A stretch of DNA of 40,397 nt from Candidatus Limnocylindrales bacterium (GCA_035559535.1 DATMBG010000021.1:186001-226397); one strand, 5' to 3'; counted from the first letter of the stretch, positions 1-10,730 are shown. Translations and numbers: made by a program. The notes: generated by a model not told the origin, from the sequence alone.

Positions 1-2
1 AT

Positions 3-941
3 TCGGATCTGGGAGGTCTTCCTTTAGGAGAATCCCTGACAGGCTCTAAACCGGGCCCGGCTAAATCAAGTTTTGAAGATATTCCGAAACCTGAAGTCAA
101 AAAGGCTTCCACAGAAACCCCGCAAATAGAGGTTAAAGAACCCATCACACCTCCTGTGGAAAAAAAAGATACACCTGAGAAAAAGGACGAAGTCCTTCCA
201 ACCGGCAAGGAAGCAAAGGTAAAAAAGGATGATCCCAAAACCTCATTTCGAGAGGTCAAGGATATTCCAAAGGTAAAAGACGAACCATCGGCCATTGCCG
301 AGAAGCAATTTTCTAAACCCCCCAAGAAAACGGAAAAGGCCCCGGCCAGGGTTACAAATCGTGAGGAACGGTCTGCGGTGAGCCCTGTGGAACCACGCTC
401 GTTTTCCGTTGAGGAAATCAGGGAAAAGCGCTTAAAGCAAATGGCAGAAGTTCTCCCCGAGAAACGACCTCCGCCCATTCCTACCCGAGAGCCAACTCCG
501 AATCCTCCAGAAGCTCTGCCTCCGACCTCTCAACCGGAAGATAACCCTTCCCTGCGGGGTCAGAGAGTGGAATCCTCAGATGGAAAGATGGGAGGAAGTT
601 CGGGATCGGCCTCCCTGGAATTAGGAGGAGATTTCCAGCAGGGTTCTCGGGCCCTGGTGAGTTACATGGAATCGGTTACCAATATCATCAGCAATCGCTG
701 GCTCCCTACCAGTGGAAAGGGTCGGGGAATTATTCAATTTACCATTTTTAAAAGCGGAGAGATCTCCGATCTTCATATTTTAAAATCCTCTGGAGACAAA
801 AACCTGGACGAATCCATTTTAAGGGCGGTAGAAGACTCTAATCCTCTTCCCGAATTCCCACCGGAATTACAACAGGAATTGGATCGCCTGAATGATTCAT
901 TCATACGAGTAAAATTTCATTTCGGACGCAGAGTGTCCTGA
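3..941 (+). CDS. tolA: TolA/TonB C-terminal domain protein (5'-truncated by window edge)
   Basis: Frame is open from position 3. Long Pro/Lys/Glu-rich stalk, then TonB_C-like domain (IQFTIFKSGEISDLHILKSSGDKNLDESILRAVEDSNPLP). Directly upstream of tolB. Confidence 0.8.
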   Translation, partial: SDLGGLPLGESLTGSKPGPAKSSFEDIPKPEVKKASTETPQIEVKEPITPPVEKKDTPEKKDEVLPTGKEAKVKKDDPKTSFREVKDIPKVKDEPSAIAEKQFSKPPKKTEKAPARVTNREERSAVSPVEPRSFSVEEIREKRLKQMAEVLPEKRPPPIPTREPTPNPPEALPPTSQPEDNPSLRGQRVESSDGKMGGSSGSASLELGGDFQQGSRALVSYMESVTNIISNRWLPTSGKGRGIIQFTIFKSGEISDLHILKSSGDKNLDESILRAVEDSNPLPEFPPELQQELDRLNDSFIRVKFHFGRRVS

Positions 942-945
942 GCCT

Positions 946-1019
946 GGAGGATAAGAATAGAAGATCGAGGATAGAAAGTCTGTTTCTTCCTCGATCTTCA
1001 ATTTTTAATCCTCAATCCT
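946..1019. repeat. Heptamer tandem repeats in inverted arrangement (gaggata/gaagatc ... tcctcga/tcctcaa)
   Basis: Purine-rich heptamer run followed by its pyrimidine-rich complement; imperfect hairpin. Confidence 0.5.
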
Positions 1020-1021
1020 TC

Positions 1022-2353
1022 ATGCGTAACTGGAGTAAGTACAGTATTGTTTTTGGCCTCCTCTGCATAGGGGGAATCTTTGGATTTTCATCTCCAGTAC
1101 TCGCTCTGGAGTACGAGACTGGTTCCGATATCATAGGAACTAAAAAAATCAAGATCGCCATAGCCCCTATGATATCCTCCCCGAACTCCCAGGCTTCGGT
1201 AGAGGGGCTTTCAGAGGATTTAACGAAGATCCTACGAAACGATTTGGAGATATCCGGATTTTTTGATACGCTGAAAGATAAAACTTCCCTTATTGCCCAG
1301 TTAGATCAATCTGAAAGGGGAACAGAGAATATCAACTTTGATCAATGGCGATCTCAAACCGAAGCCCAGGCCCTGGTCAAGTGTATCCATACCCTTCAAC
1401 CGGGTAAACTTTCCCTGGAATGCCGGGTTTACGATACCCAGAAAGCCGCACAAATTTTAGGAAAGGCCTATGAGAGTGATCCTAAACAGACGCGTAAAGT
1501 CATCCATCGATTTGCCGATGAAATCATCTTAAAGTTCACAGGGGAACGCGGCGTCTCGGATACCAGTCTGGCTTTTGTTTCCACACGAAGTAAAAACCGG
1601 GAGATTTATCGGATCGATTTTGATGGAGAGAACCTCCAACGCCTGACCAACGATCGTTCCATTGTGCTTTCCCCTAGCTGGTCACCGGATGGACGTGAAA
1701 TTCTTTATACCAGTTATCGGAATAATAACCCGGATCTTTTCGTTATCAGTGCCAACGGCGGAGAGCCTAAACCCATATCGATACAACCAGGGCTTAATCT
1801 GGGTGGAAAATGGTCTCCCGACGGAAAACAAATTGCCTTAACCCTTTCAAAGGATGGAAATTCAGAGATTTATGTGATGGATTTGAGTACCCGTAATTAT
1901 CGGAGACTTACCAAAAATCGCTGGAACGATGTCTCACCGTGCTGGTCACCCGATGGAAAACAAATAGCCTTTACCAGCGATGAGTCTGGAACACCTCAAA
2001 TTTATGTCATGAATAGCGATGGATCTAATATCCGAAGGCTCAGTTTTATAGGTAACTACAGTGTCTCACCCTCCTGGTCTCCCCGGGGAGATCGAATCGC
2101 TTTTGCTGCCAGAAAGAATGGAAAATTTGATATTTACACCATCAGCGTAGATGGAAAGAGTCCTCCGCAACAACTAACCTTTGATGCAGGTAATAATGAG
2201 GATCCGGTCTGGTCCCGAGATGGCCGATATATTGCGTTCCATTCAGACCGGGATGGGGTGAGCGGTATCTATGTCATGAACCAGGATGGCACGAATCAGC
2301 GAAGGGTGACCGATCTCCAGGGGAACGATATGTCTCCGACCTGGTCACCTTAA
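1022..2353 (+). CDS. tolB: Tol-Pal system beta-propeller protein TolB
   Basis: Signal peptide, TolB_N (LRNDLEISGFF, HRFADEII), repeated PD40 motifs (PSWSPDG). Confidence 0.95.
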   Translation: MRNWSKYSIVFGLLCIGGIFGFSSPVLALEYETGSDIIGTKKIKIAIAPMISSPNSQASVEGLSEDLTKILRNDLEISGFFDTLKDKTSLIAQLDQSERGTENINFDQWRSQTEAQALVKCIHTLQPGKLSLECRVYDTQKAAQILGKAYESDPKQTRKVIHRFADEIILKFTGERGVSDTSLAFVSTRSKNREIYRIDFDGENLQRLTNDRSIVLSPSWSPDGREILYTSYRNNNPDLFVISANGGEPKPISIQPGLNLGGKWSPDGKQIALTLSKDGNSEIYVMDLSTRNYRRLTKNRWNDVSPCWSPDGKQIAFTSDESGTPQIYVMNSDGSNIRRLSFIGNYSVSPSWSPRGDRIAFAARKNGKFDIYTISVDGKSPPQQLTFDAGNNEDPVWSRDGRYIAFHSDRDGVSGIYVMNQDGTNQRRVTDLQGNDMSPTWSP

Positions 2354-2462
2354 AAGGAGGAAAAGAACAGAAGAAATGGAAGATGGAGAGAATAGGAGAA
2401 TGGCAAGAGGAATCTCAGCCCCTCCCATTCTTCTATTCTCCCTTTCTCTCACCCTTTAAACT

Positions 2463-3428
2463 ATGGGCGTGCAAGATCCTTTATCCAAAGTGATTCCCTG
2501 GCTGTGCTTAGCTATCTTACCCTGGGTTCTCACAGGCTGTGGAGGAGCTGCGGCAAAACCCGATGATCCTCTGGTTCAACTTCAACAGCAGATTGCGGCT
2601 TTGCGAAACGATATAAATCAAGATCGTAAAGCAGAAACTGAACGTATGGCCATTGTAGAAAAAAATCGAGCGGATTATCTGGCCGATAGTGAAGAAATGA
2701 AATCCAAACTTCAAGCCATTGACTCTAAGCTCAATGAATATAATGAACGGATGAATCAACTGGCTGAAAAGCTTGACAATCTGCAAACAAAGTTTAATGA
2801 GGAATTGGAAAACAGGCAGATGGGAAGAATTCCGACCCCGGGCTATACTCCCCCGACTACAACTAACCCGCAGTCTTCTACTACCGGAACGAGTCCGGTT
2901 ACCAATAGCGGTGAAGCAGCCTCTTCCGTAAATCCAATGGGTAATCCCTCCCATGTTAATCCAACACCCCCTACCGGTCAAACGGGTTCATTGCCCCAGC
3001 TACCTTCTGTACCGCCTTCACCAGCAGTTGGGGGGAAATCAGAGGATTTAACCTCTCCAGAACGGCTCTATCAGACCGCTCAAAATGAATACAATCAGGG
3101 TAATTACGATGTGGCCATCGCCGGCTTTCAGAAATATCTGGAGCTCTATCCCAATGCAGAACTGGCCGATCTTGCTCAATACCAAATTGCAGAGGCATTC
3201 TTCAATCTCAAAGCCTATGAAACGGCCCTTAAAGAATACGATAAGCTTATTAACCTTTATCCTAAAAGTAAGAGATTACCCTGGGCCTATTATAACAAAG
3301 CACAGGCCTTCCTGAAATTGGGCAGGCAACTGGAGGCCACTTCCCATCTACGCTATATCTTGACCCAGTTTCCCAATTCAGAAGTCGCAGAGAAAGCCAG
3401 AGAAGATCTGGCCAGGCTGGGTGGATAA
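2463..3428 (+). CDS. cpoB: Tol-Pal protein CpoB/YbgF (lipoprotein; coiled coil plus TPR)
   Basis: Lipobox LTGC, N-terminal coiled coil, P/S/T linker, C-terminal TPRs (YLELYPNAELADLAQYQIAE); follows tolB. Confidence 0.88.
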   Translation: MGVQDPLSKVIPWLCLAILPWVLTGCGGAAAKPDDPLVQLQQQIAALRNDINQDRKAETERMAIVEKNRADYLADSEEMKSKLQAIDSKLNEYNERMNQLAEKLDNLQTKFNEELENRQMGRIPTPGYTPPTTTNPQSSTTGTSPVTNSGEAASSVNPMGNPSHVNPTPPTGQTGSLPQLPSVPPSPAVGGKSEDLTSPERLYQTAQNEYNQGNYDVAIAGFQKYLELYPNAELADLAQYQIAEAFFNLKAYETALKEYDKLINLYPKSKRLPWAYYNKAQAFLKLGRQLEATSHLRYILTQFPNSEVAEKAREDLARLGG

Positions 3429-3441
3429 AGTTAAAAGAGAA

Positions 3442-4572
3442 ATGAAAAAAACTCCCCTAAATCAGATTCATAAAGCTCTCGGAGCTAAAATGATCGATTT
3501 TGCAGGATGGGAGATGCCGGTCCAATACACCGGAATCATCGAGGAACATCTCACAACCCGCACGAAGGCCGGACTTTTCGATATCAGCCATATGGGCGAA
3601 ATCCTGTTTAAAGGCCCTGGAGCTCTACAGGCCGTTCAGTACCTCACGACGAATCAGGCGGCAAAACTGGTACCAGGCCAGGTTCAATACTCGGCCTTGC
3701 TTTATCCCACAGGAACCTTTGTTGACGATATCACCGTGTATAAATTTAGTGAAGAGCAATTCATGTTCTGTGTGAATGCGGCCAACACAGATAAAGATTA
3801 CGCCTGGATTCAGGAAATTATCTCCCCGAAAAAGCCGGGTTTTGCTCCCGTACAGATTAAAAATATCAGTGATGAGATAGCTCTTCTGGCTTTACAGGGA
3901 CCGAAGGCTGCCGAGATTTTACAAAAACTTACAGAAATCGATCTCTCCACCCTTAAATCCTTTCGTTTTATGGAAGGAACGGTGGGAGGGATTAAAACCT
4001 GGATATCCCGAACCGGCTATACCGGTGAAGATGGATTCGAACTTTATATCCCTTCCGAAGAAGCCAATCCAGAAGACCATCAAGAAAAGGTTATTGAAGT
4101 CTGGAATAAGCTTCTCGAAGTGGGACAGGAGTACGGATTAAAACCGGTTGGTTTGGGGGCCCGGGATACCTTAAGGTTAGAGGCCAGATTGGTTTTATAT
4201 GGAAACGATATAACCGATCAAACGACCCCCTTAGAAGCAGATCTGGAATGGATTGTAAAATATGATAAAGGAGACTTCATCGGGCGGGAAGCTCTCCTTA
4301 AACAAAAGGAACAGGGGATTCAGAAAAAATTAGTTGGATTTGAAATGATCGAAAGAGGAATTGCCCGACCTCACTATAAAATTCTGAAAAGCCAGGAACC
4401 CATTGGAGAAGTTACCAGCGGAACCTATGCGCCTTATCTGGATAAAAATATAGGACTTGGCTATGTAAAAATAGAATACAGTGAGATCGGCACCGAGCTG
4501 GATATTCTTATCCGGGATAAAAAGGTTAAAGCTAAGATTGTTCCCACGCCGTTCTATAAAAGAAAAAAATAG
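3442..4572 (+). CDS. gcvT: Glycine cleavage aminomethyltransferase (alternative GTG start at 3421)
   Basis: MKKTPL, FAGWEMPVQY, GLFDISHMGE, RTGYTGEDGFE, GLGARDTLRLEA. Confidence 0.96.
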   Translation: MKKTPLNQIHKALGAKMIDFAGWEMPVQYTGIIEEHLTTRTKAGLFDISHMGEILFKGPGALQAVQYLTTNQAAKLVPGQVQYSALLYPTGTFVDDITVYKFSEEQFMFCVNAANTDKDYAWIQEIISPKKPGFAPVQIKNISDEIALLALQGPKAAEILQKLTEIDLSTLKSFRFMEGTVGGIKTWISRTGYTGEDGFELYIPSEEANPEDHQEKVIEVWNKLLEVGQEYGLKPVGLGARDTLRLEARLVLYGNDITDQTTPLEADLEWIVKYDKGDFIGREALLKQKEQGIQKKLVGFEMIERGIARPHYKILKSQEPIGEVTSGTYAPYLDKNIGLGYVKIEYSEIGTELDILIRDKKVKAKIVPTPFYKRKK

Positions 4573-4712
4573 TATGGGAGTGGGAGTGTGTAGGGGCGAT
4601 CGGCCGATCGCCCCTACTGGAGTATGGGGGTATGGGAGTGTGGGAGTGGGAAAGAATATACTTCCATACCCCCCTACTTCCATACCCCCACACCCCCACA
4701 CCTCCATACCCC
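4572..4712. repeat. Octamer tandem/inverted repeat cassette (gtatggga/gtgtggga ... ccatac/cccacac) containing a GTAG REP palindrome at 4590-4617
   Basis: gtaggggcgatcggccgatcgcccctac is a perfect 28-bp palindrome flanked by G-rich then C-rich octamers. Confidence 0.85.
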
Positions 4713-4715
4713 AGG

Positions 4716-6071
4716 ATGCGTTATATACCCAACACCGACAAAGATCGTCAGGAGATGTTAAAAAAGATCGGGGTTCAATCGGTTGAAGAACTTTTTTCAG
4801 ATATACCCGAGTCGATCCGATTAAAACGAAAATTGAACTTACCGGCTGCCCTGTCGGAAAAAGAACTCATAGAAGAGCTGAAAGCTCTCAGTGCACTTAA
4901 TACCCCGGTAGAGGAATATATCTCCTTTTTAGGAGCTGGGGCTTATTATCACTTCATTCCCAGCCTTATCAACCATCTGGTTTCCCGCTCGGAATTTTAT
5001 ACGGCCTATACGCCCTATCAGCCGGAAATAAGCCAGGGTACTTTACAGGCCATCTTTGAGTACCAAACCCTTATTTGTCAGTTAACTGGCATGGAGGTGG
5101 CCAATGCCTCCATGTATGATGGCTCTACAGGTCTGGCGGAAGCCGTTCTTATGGCCCATCGAATCAACGAGCGTCCTGAAGTGATCCTTTCCACAGGGAT
5201 TCACCCGGAATATCGAATGGTTTTAAAAACCTATGTAAAACATTTTGGAATCACGATTCGAGAAGTCGGTTTTACAGAAAAAGGAACGACCGATCTGGAG
5301 GTCTGCAGGAGTTTAACAAATCCAAATACCTCGGCGGTCGTCGTCCAATATCCTAACTTTTTCGGCTGCATCGAAGATCTGGCCAGGGTCTCACGTATGG
5401 CTAAAGAGGCGGGAGCTTTATTTATCGTGGTTGTCACAGAACCCATAGCTCTAGGGATTCTCAAAGCCCCTGGAGATTTTGGAGCCGATATTGTTGTAGG
5501 GGAGGGTCAATCCCTGGGTAATCCCCTCAATTTTGGAGGTCCCTATGTGGGTTTTTTTGCCGTTCGACAGGAATATCTCCGGAAGATGCCGGGGCGACTG
5601 GCCGGGGAAACAACCGATTTGGAAGGAAAGCGCGGCTACGTCCTGACCCTGTCCACCCGAGAACAACACATTCGGCGGGAGAAGGCCACCTCTAATATCT
5701 GTACTAATGAAGCCCTCTGTGCCCTGATAAATACCATCTATCTGTGCACATTGGGAAAACAAGGAATTCGAGAACTTGCCATTCAAAACCTTCAAAAGGC
5801 CCATTATGCCAGGCAGACTTTGGGTCAACTGAAGGGTTATAAACTCTTATTCGATGGGCCTGTTTTTAATGAATTTGTAATCCAGACCCCCCGACCCCTG
5901 CCGGAAATAAACCAGATCCTGCTGGAAAACAAGATTATCGGAGGGCTGGACCTGAGCAGATTTTACCCGGAACTCACGAACTGCATGCTGGTCTGTGTAA
6001 CCGAGAATCATTCAAAAGGACACATAGATAACTTAGTGGAGGTCCTTAAAAAATTAACCCTTACCCCTTAA
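4716..6071 (+). CDS. gcvPA: Glycine dehydrogenase subunit 1
   Basis: MRYIPNT start (upstream extension is repeat-derived), FLGAGAY, YTAYTPYQPEISQG, REQHIRREKATSNICTN. Confidence 0.96.
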   Translation: MRYIPNTDKDRQEMLKKIGVQSVEELFSDIPESIRLKRKLNLPAALSEKELIEELKALSALNTPVEEYISFLGAGAYYHFIPSLINHLVSRSEFYTAYTPYQPEISQGTLQAIFEYQTLICQLTGMEVANASMYDGSTGLAEAVLMAHRINERPEVILSTGIHPEYRMVLKTYVKHFGITIREVGFTEKGTTDLEVCRSLTNPNTSAVVVQYPNFFGCIEDLARVSRMAKEAGALFIVVVTEPIALGILKAPGDFGADIVVGEGQSLGNPLNFGGPYVGFFAVRQEYLRKMPGRLAGETTDLEGKRGYVLTLSTREQHIRREKATSNICTNEALCALINTIYLCTLGKQGIRELAIQNLQKAHYARQTLGQLKGYKLLFDGPVFNEFVIQTPRPLPEINQILLENKIIGGLDLSRFYPELTNCMLVCVTENHSKGHIDNLVEVLKKLTLTP

Positions 6072-6118
6072 CCATCGAGTTAGATATCGTTAACGGATAA
6101 CTAGATGGTTAACAACCC

Positions 6119-7687
6119 ATGCCCATGAAAGAGACGGTTGGGACCAAAGGCCTTATTTACAATGAGGATGTGATTTTTGAAAAGAGTGTAGAAGGTAGAA
6201 AAGCCTATTCACTTCCGGCTTTGGATGTACCGGAAGTGGAGGTCCGGCAACTTATCCCAGAGGAGTATATACGCGAGGAGGTTTCGGGATTTCCCGAGGT
6301 CAGTGAGGTAGATGTCATCCGACATTTTGTCCGGTTATCCCAATGGAATTACGCCATTGACGTGGGATTTTATCCTCTGGGTTCCTGCACCATGAAGTAT
6401 AATCCCAAGGTCCATGAGGATATCGCCCGACTCCCCGGGTTTGCGCAGATCCATCCGTATCAGCCGGAGGAGTTAGCCCAGGGGGCCATTCGTCTCATGT
6501 ACGAGCTGGAAAAGTATCTTTGCGAAATCAGTGGAATGGATCGGGTTTCCTTACAACCTGCCGCAGGAGCCCATGGAGAGTTGACCGGGCTCATGATGAT
6601 TCGGGCTTATTTAACTTCCCAGGGAAATCCGCGCAAGAAGGTTATTATTCCCGATTCGGCCCATGGAACCAATCCGGCCAGTTCAACCCTTTGCGGTTAT
6701 GAGGTCATCTCGTTAAAATCTAACGACCGGGGCTGTATAGACCCCGATCTTCTTAAAAAGGTTATGAACGAAGAGGTGGCCGCAATTATGCTTACCAATC
6801 CCAATACCCTGGGGCTGTTCGAAGAACATATTCTGGAAATAGCCCGGATCGTTCATGAGAAGGGGGGACTGGTTTACGGTGATGGGGCCAATCTGAATGC
6901 CTTATTAGGCATGGCCCGCCCGGGAGATATGGGAATCGATGTCATCCAGTTTAACCTTCACAAAACTTTTACCACTCCCCACGGAGGAGGAGGCCCCGGA
7001 GCCGGTCCGGTTGGGATCAAATCTCACCTGGTTCCGTTTATGCCTGTTCCTACACCGGAACGTAGAGAAAAAACCGAGGAAGAGAAAAGAACGTATGGGG
7101 GTATGGGAGGGAGTACGGGCGACCGGCCGGTCGCCCGTACTCCCTATTTCTATTATCTGGATTACAACCGGCCCCAGTCTATTGGAAAAGTACGGGCCTT
7201 CTATGGAAATTTTGGAATGATGGTTCGGGCCTATTGTTACATACGAACGATGGGAGCTGAGGGCCTTAAACAGGTCTCGGAAAATGCGGTTATCAATGCC
7301 AACTATATCCTGAGTCAACTCCGAGACGTATACCACCTTCCCTACGACCGATATTGTAAGCACGAGTGTGTTTTTTCAGACAAATATCAACTAAAAAATG
7401 ATGTTAAAACCCTGGATATTGCTAAACGTTTGATGGATTATGGATTTCATCCTCCGACCATTTACTTTCCGCTTATCGTTCATGGAGCTTTGATGATTGA
7501 ACCTACAGAAACCGAAAGTAAAGAGACTCTAGATCGGTTCATTGAGGCCATGCGAGCCATTGCAAAAGAAGCTGAGGAAAAACCCGAGGTTGTTCGCAGT
7601 GCTCCTCACCTTCCGAAGGTCCGACGTTTAGACGAGACAACCGCCGCAAGAAAACCCAAACTTCGTTGGAAAAAAGAGGTAGGGTAA
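6119..7687 (+). CDS. gcvPB: Glycine dehydrogenase subunit 2, with an in-frame repeat-derived insertion
   Basis: [28 protein letters not shown] (PLP lysine), [11 protein letters not shown]. Confidence 0.96.
   Translation: MPMKETVGTKGLIYNEDVIFEKSVEGRKAYSLPALDVPEVEVRQLIPEEYIREEVSGFPEVSEVDVIRHFVRLSQWNYAIDVGFYPLGSCTMKYNPKVHEDIARLPGFAQIHPYQPEELAQGAIRLMYELEKYLCEISGMDRVSLQPAAGAHGELTGLMMIRAYLTSQGNPRKKVIIPDSAHGTNPASSTLCGYEVISLKSNDRGCIDPDLLKKVMNEEVAAIMLTNPNTLGLFEEHILEIARIVHEKGGLVYGDGANLNALLGMARPGDMGIDVIQFNLHKTFTTPHGGGGPGAGPVGIKSHLVPFMPVPTPERREKTEEEKRTYGGMGGSTGDRPVARTPYFYYLDYNRPQSIGKVRAFYGNFGMMVRAYCYIRTMGAEGLKQVSENAVINANYILSQLRDVYHLPYDRYCKHECVFSDKYQLKNDVKTLDIAKRLMDYGFHPPTIYFPLIVHGALMIEPTETESKETLDRFIEAMRAIAKEAEEKPEVVRSAPHLPKVRRLDETTAARKPKLRWKKEVG
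7109..7144. repeat. REP-like 36-bp perfect palindrome inside gcvPB
   Basis: gggagtacgggcgaccggccggtcgcccgtactccc; same architecture as 4590-4617. Confidence 0.85.
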
Positions 7688-7708
7688 GACGGCCGTCTTA
7701 CCCTACCT
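7677..7708. repeat. GTAG REP palindrome overlapping the gcvPB stop codon
   Basis: aggtagggtaagacggccgtcttaccctacct is a perfect palindrome. Confidence 0.8.
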
Positions 7709-7858
7709 ACCTATGACCCGTTGTCCGTTGCTGATAACAGACCGACCCGGGCCTTATTAAATTGAGTTTGGGGTTTATGTGTCCTGCAGGGGGCACGAAA
7801 GTAAGATCAGGCCCGAGAGGGTCAGGGTTATACACAACGGACCAGGGGCACGAATACT

Positions 7859-8899
7859 ATGGAGACCGAAAAAATTTCTTTGTTAAATCGTCGTGAGTTC
7901 TTTAAAATAGCTTTCATAGCTACCGGAGCGATTCCTTTATCTTCCTTACTTGGATTTAAGAAGTCTAAAGCCTTTGGAGCAGACAAGCAAATTTTAGCAC
8001 GATTGGCCCACTCCCTTGCGGTGGGGGATCCCCAGCATACTGCATTGGTCAGTATGGCCGATAAGATCAAAGAGCGGACCCAGGGGAATTTTACGATTCA
8101 GGTAGTTCCTGCCGGACAATTAGGGGCCGAGATCGATGCCGCAGAATCAACCGCTATTGGAGCCATTGAAATGACCGTTGTGAGTCCGGCCGGATTGGGG
8201 ACCTTCCAACCCCAATTTGCCATCTTCAGCCATCCTTACCTTTGGAAGGATTGGGACGAAGCCAAAAGAGTTCTCCACGGACCCTTTGTAAAGAACATGG
8301 AAGACCAACTGGTTAATTCAAAGGGACTGCAGGTAATAGATTACTGGTATTTTGGCTGGCGTCACGTATTTACGCGAAATAAACCCATCAATTCCCTGGC
8401 AGATATGAAAGGGTTAAAAATTCGGGTCTCTAAAAACCGCATGTTCACCGAGACCTTTAAAGCCCTGGGAGCCAATCCGACCCCTATGGACTGGCCTGAA
8501 GTCTATCAAGGTCTCCAGCAAGGAGTCGTAGATGGTGCAGAAGCTCCCCTCCCCTCCCTTTATGCCTCTAAATTATACGAGGTGACCAAGTATCTTGCAC
8601 TTACTTATCATATGCTCCAGGCCAATATTCTGCTGGCAAACCACACCTGGCTTACAGGACTCCCGGAGGAATATCAGAAGATCCTGAAAGAAGAAGCCTT
8701 GAATGCTGCGGAATACATGCGAGAGCTCACCCAAAAACAAGAACAGGAGTATGCAGTAAAGCTTAAAGAGCTCGGCATGATTTTTTCAGAACCTAACCTG
8801 GATGAATTTCGCAAGGCCACAGCAGAGGTATATAAAGCCTTTGAAAAAAGTTGGGGAACCGATCTGTATCCGAAACTGCAGGCTGCAAAACAGGCTTAG
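7859..8899 (+). CDS. dctP: TRAP transporter substrate-binding protein (DctP family), Tat signal
   Basis: NRREFFK twin-arginine signal, GLKIRV, LGANPTPMDWPEVYQGLQQGVVDGAE. Confidence 0.92.
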   Translation: METEKISLLNRREFFKIAFIATGAIPLSSLLGFKKSKAFGADKQILARLAHSLAVGDPQHTALVSMADKIKERTQGNFTIQVVPAGQLGAEIDAAESTAIGAIEMTVVSPAGLGTFQPQFAIFSHPYLWKDWDEAKRVLHGPFVKNMEDQLVNSKGLQVIDYWYFGWRHVFTRNKPINSLADMKGLKIRVSKNRMFTETFKALGANPTPMDWPEVYQGLQQGVVDGAEAPLPSLYASKLYEVTKYLALTYHMLQANILLANHTWLTGLPEEYQKILKEEALNAAEYMRELTQKQEQEYAVKLKELGMIFSEPNLDEFRKATAEVYKAFEKSWGTDLYPKLQAAKQA

Positions 8900-8918
8900 T
8901 ACAGGCAGGGAGGCAGGA

Positions 8919-10730
8919 ATGAAACGTTTATTGGAATGGTTTGCCGGTTTAATTCTGGCAACAGAATTTGTAGTGGTCTTTTTAGGGGTTTTTTTTCGTT
9001 ATGTGTTAAATAATCCCCTAACCTGGTCGGAAGAAATCGCCCGCCTGCTCTTGGTCTGGTTGACCTTCATGGGAGGTGCCGTAGCCTTCTTTCACAAACA
9101 ACACATTGGGGTTGCGATTGTTTATCGTCGGTTTTCCCACAAGGCTCAACAAACCTTGGATATTGTCGGACAGTTCATCCTGATCTTCTTTTTTGCCTTT
9201 CTTTTCCGCTGGAGTGTAGAACTGGTCCAGCGACGTTGGGACGAGCCATCCCCAGCCGTAGGATTCTCCCAGAGCTTTTTCATGTTACCCCTCTCAATAG
9301 GAGTTCTGGCTATGATTATCTCCCTTCTTTTCCAGCTTTTCCGTCTCCCGGCTCGAGAAATCTTACGCGGAGGAGGGATTATTTTACTGCTGGGTCTGGG
9401 GGTCGGCGGTTTAGGGTATGGACTTAAGGGATTTATCCTGAGTTTGAATCCTCTGCTTGTGCTTCTGACCGGATTTATTATCCTGCTGGTTATTAACACG
9501 CCCATTGCTTTCTCGCTAGGTTTATCGGCACTGAGCTACCTGGTACTCGATGGAAAGGTTCCTCTCACAATTATGCCCCAAAGAATGGTGGTTGGGGTGG
9601 ATTCCTTTGTTCTCCTGGCCGTCCCCCTGTTCATTGTGGCCGGAGCTTTGATGGAGACGGGAGGTATTTCTCAACGTCTGGTTAACTTTGCCATAAGCCT
9701 GGTCGGGCACATTCGAGGGGGGCTGGCCATGGTTGTGGTGATCTCGGAGATTTTGTTCTCCGGTATTTCGGGATCCACCACCGCAGATGTGGCCGCAGTC
9801 GGTTCTTTACTTATTCCGGCCATGATTCGGGCCGGTTATACCCAGGCAGAAGCCGCCTCCATTGTGAGTGCCTCTGCAGCTATGGGTATTTTGGTTCCTC
9901 CCTGCATCCATATGGTCGTCCTGGGAACCCTGGTTAATGTCTCGGTGGCCGCGCTCTTTCTCGGAGGGTTTATTCCCGCCTTTGTCCTGGCTGCTTCATT
10001 GATGGGACTTATTTACTTCAAAGCCCGCAGAGGAAAATGGGCCAGTACCCCACGTACTTCCTGGAAACAGTTGGGTAAGACTTTTCTTCATGCAATCATC
10101 CCCCTGATGACCCCGGTGATTATCTTTGGAGGGATTTTTACAGGAATTGTAACCGTTACAGAGGCCGCTGTGATCGCTGTTGCCTATGCCCTCATCGTAG
10201 GGCTCCTCATCTATCGAGAAATAAAGTTTCGGGATCTTCCCAGAATCTTCATCGAAAGCGCCACTACCAGCGGAATGGCTCTGTGGCTGGTTACAACGGC
10301 TACTATTTTCTCTTGGGTTATGGTCCGACAACAGGTTCCTCAATTGATCGTCGGTTGGATTACCAGTATCTCTTCAGGATCCTGGTTTTTTCTGGCTTTT
10401 ACCGTTGTACTCTATCTGATTTTCAGCGGACTTCTTGAGGGACTTCCTTCTTTACTGATTTTAGCCCCCATCCTCTATCCGGTAGCCCTCCAATTTCATA
10501 TCGATCCCATCCACTTTGGAATTATCTCCATTGCGGCCCTGGGAATCGGTTTCTTTATGCCCCCTATCGGTCTTGGACTCTTTTTGTCCTGCAGCATCGC
10601 CAAAGCTAATATCGGAGAGACTGCCAAAACCTTTGCCCCTTACATGCTGGTCTTAATCCTGACTTTATTGGGGATTGCCTTTTTAGAACCCCTCTCGTTG
10701 TTTATACCCAGATGGTTTGGATTTAATTAA
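8919..10730 (+). CDS. TRAP transporter fused small/large permease (DctQ-M)
   Basis: N-terminal DctQ (RYVLNNPLTWSEEIAR) fused to DctM (LLAVPLF, GISGSTTAD, DPIHFG); ATG at 8919 follows GGAGG. Confidence 0.9.
   Translation: MKRLLEWFAGLILATEFVVVFLGVFFRYVLNNPLTWSEEIARLLLVWLTFMGGAVAFFHKQHIGVAIVYRRFSHKAQQTLDIVGQFILIFFFAFLFRWSVELVQRRWDEPSPAVGFSQSFFMLPLSIGVLAMIISLLFQLFRLPAREILRGGGIILLLGLGVGGLGYGLKGFILSLNPLLVLLTGFIILLVINTPIAFSLGLSALSYLVLDGKVPLTIMPQRMVVGVDSFVLLAVPLFIVAGALMETGGISQRLVNFAISLVGHIRGGLAMVVVISEILFSGISGSTTADVAAVGSLLIPAMIRAGYTQAEAASIVSASAAMGILVPPCIHMVVLGTLVNVSVAALFLGGFIPAFVLAASLMGLIYFKARRGKWASTPRTSWKQLGKTFLHAIIPLMTPVIIFGGIFTGIVTVTEAAVIAVAYALIVGLLIYREIKFRDLPRIFIESATTSGMALWLVTTATIFSWVMVRQQVPQLIVGWITSISSGSWFFLAFTVVLYLIFSGLLEGLPSLLILAPILYPVALQFHIDPIHFGIISIAALGIGFFMPPIGLGLFLSCSIAKANIGETAKTFAPYMLVLILTLLGIAFLEPLSLFIPRWFGFN

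Noticed and set aside
4632-4715. N-terminal extension of GcvPA and overlapping ORFs 4330-4707 and 4481-4786
   Set aside because: Translations of the octamer/REP cassette; the conserved start is MRYIP at 4716
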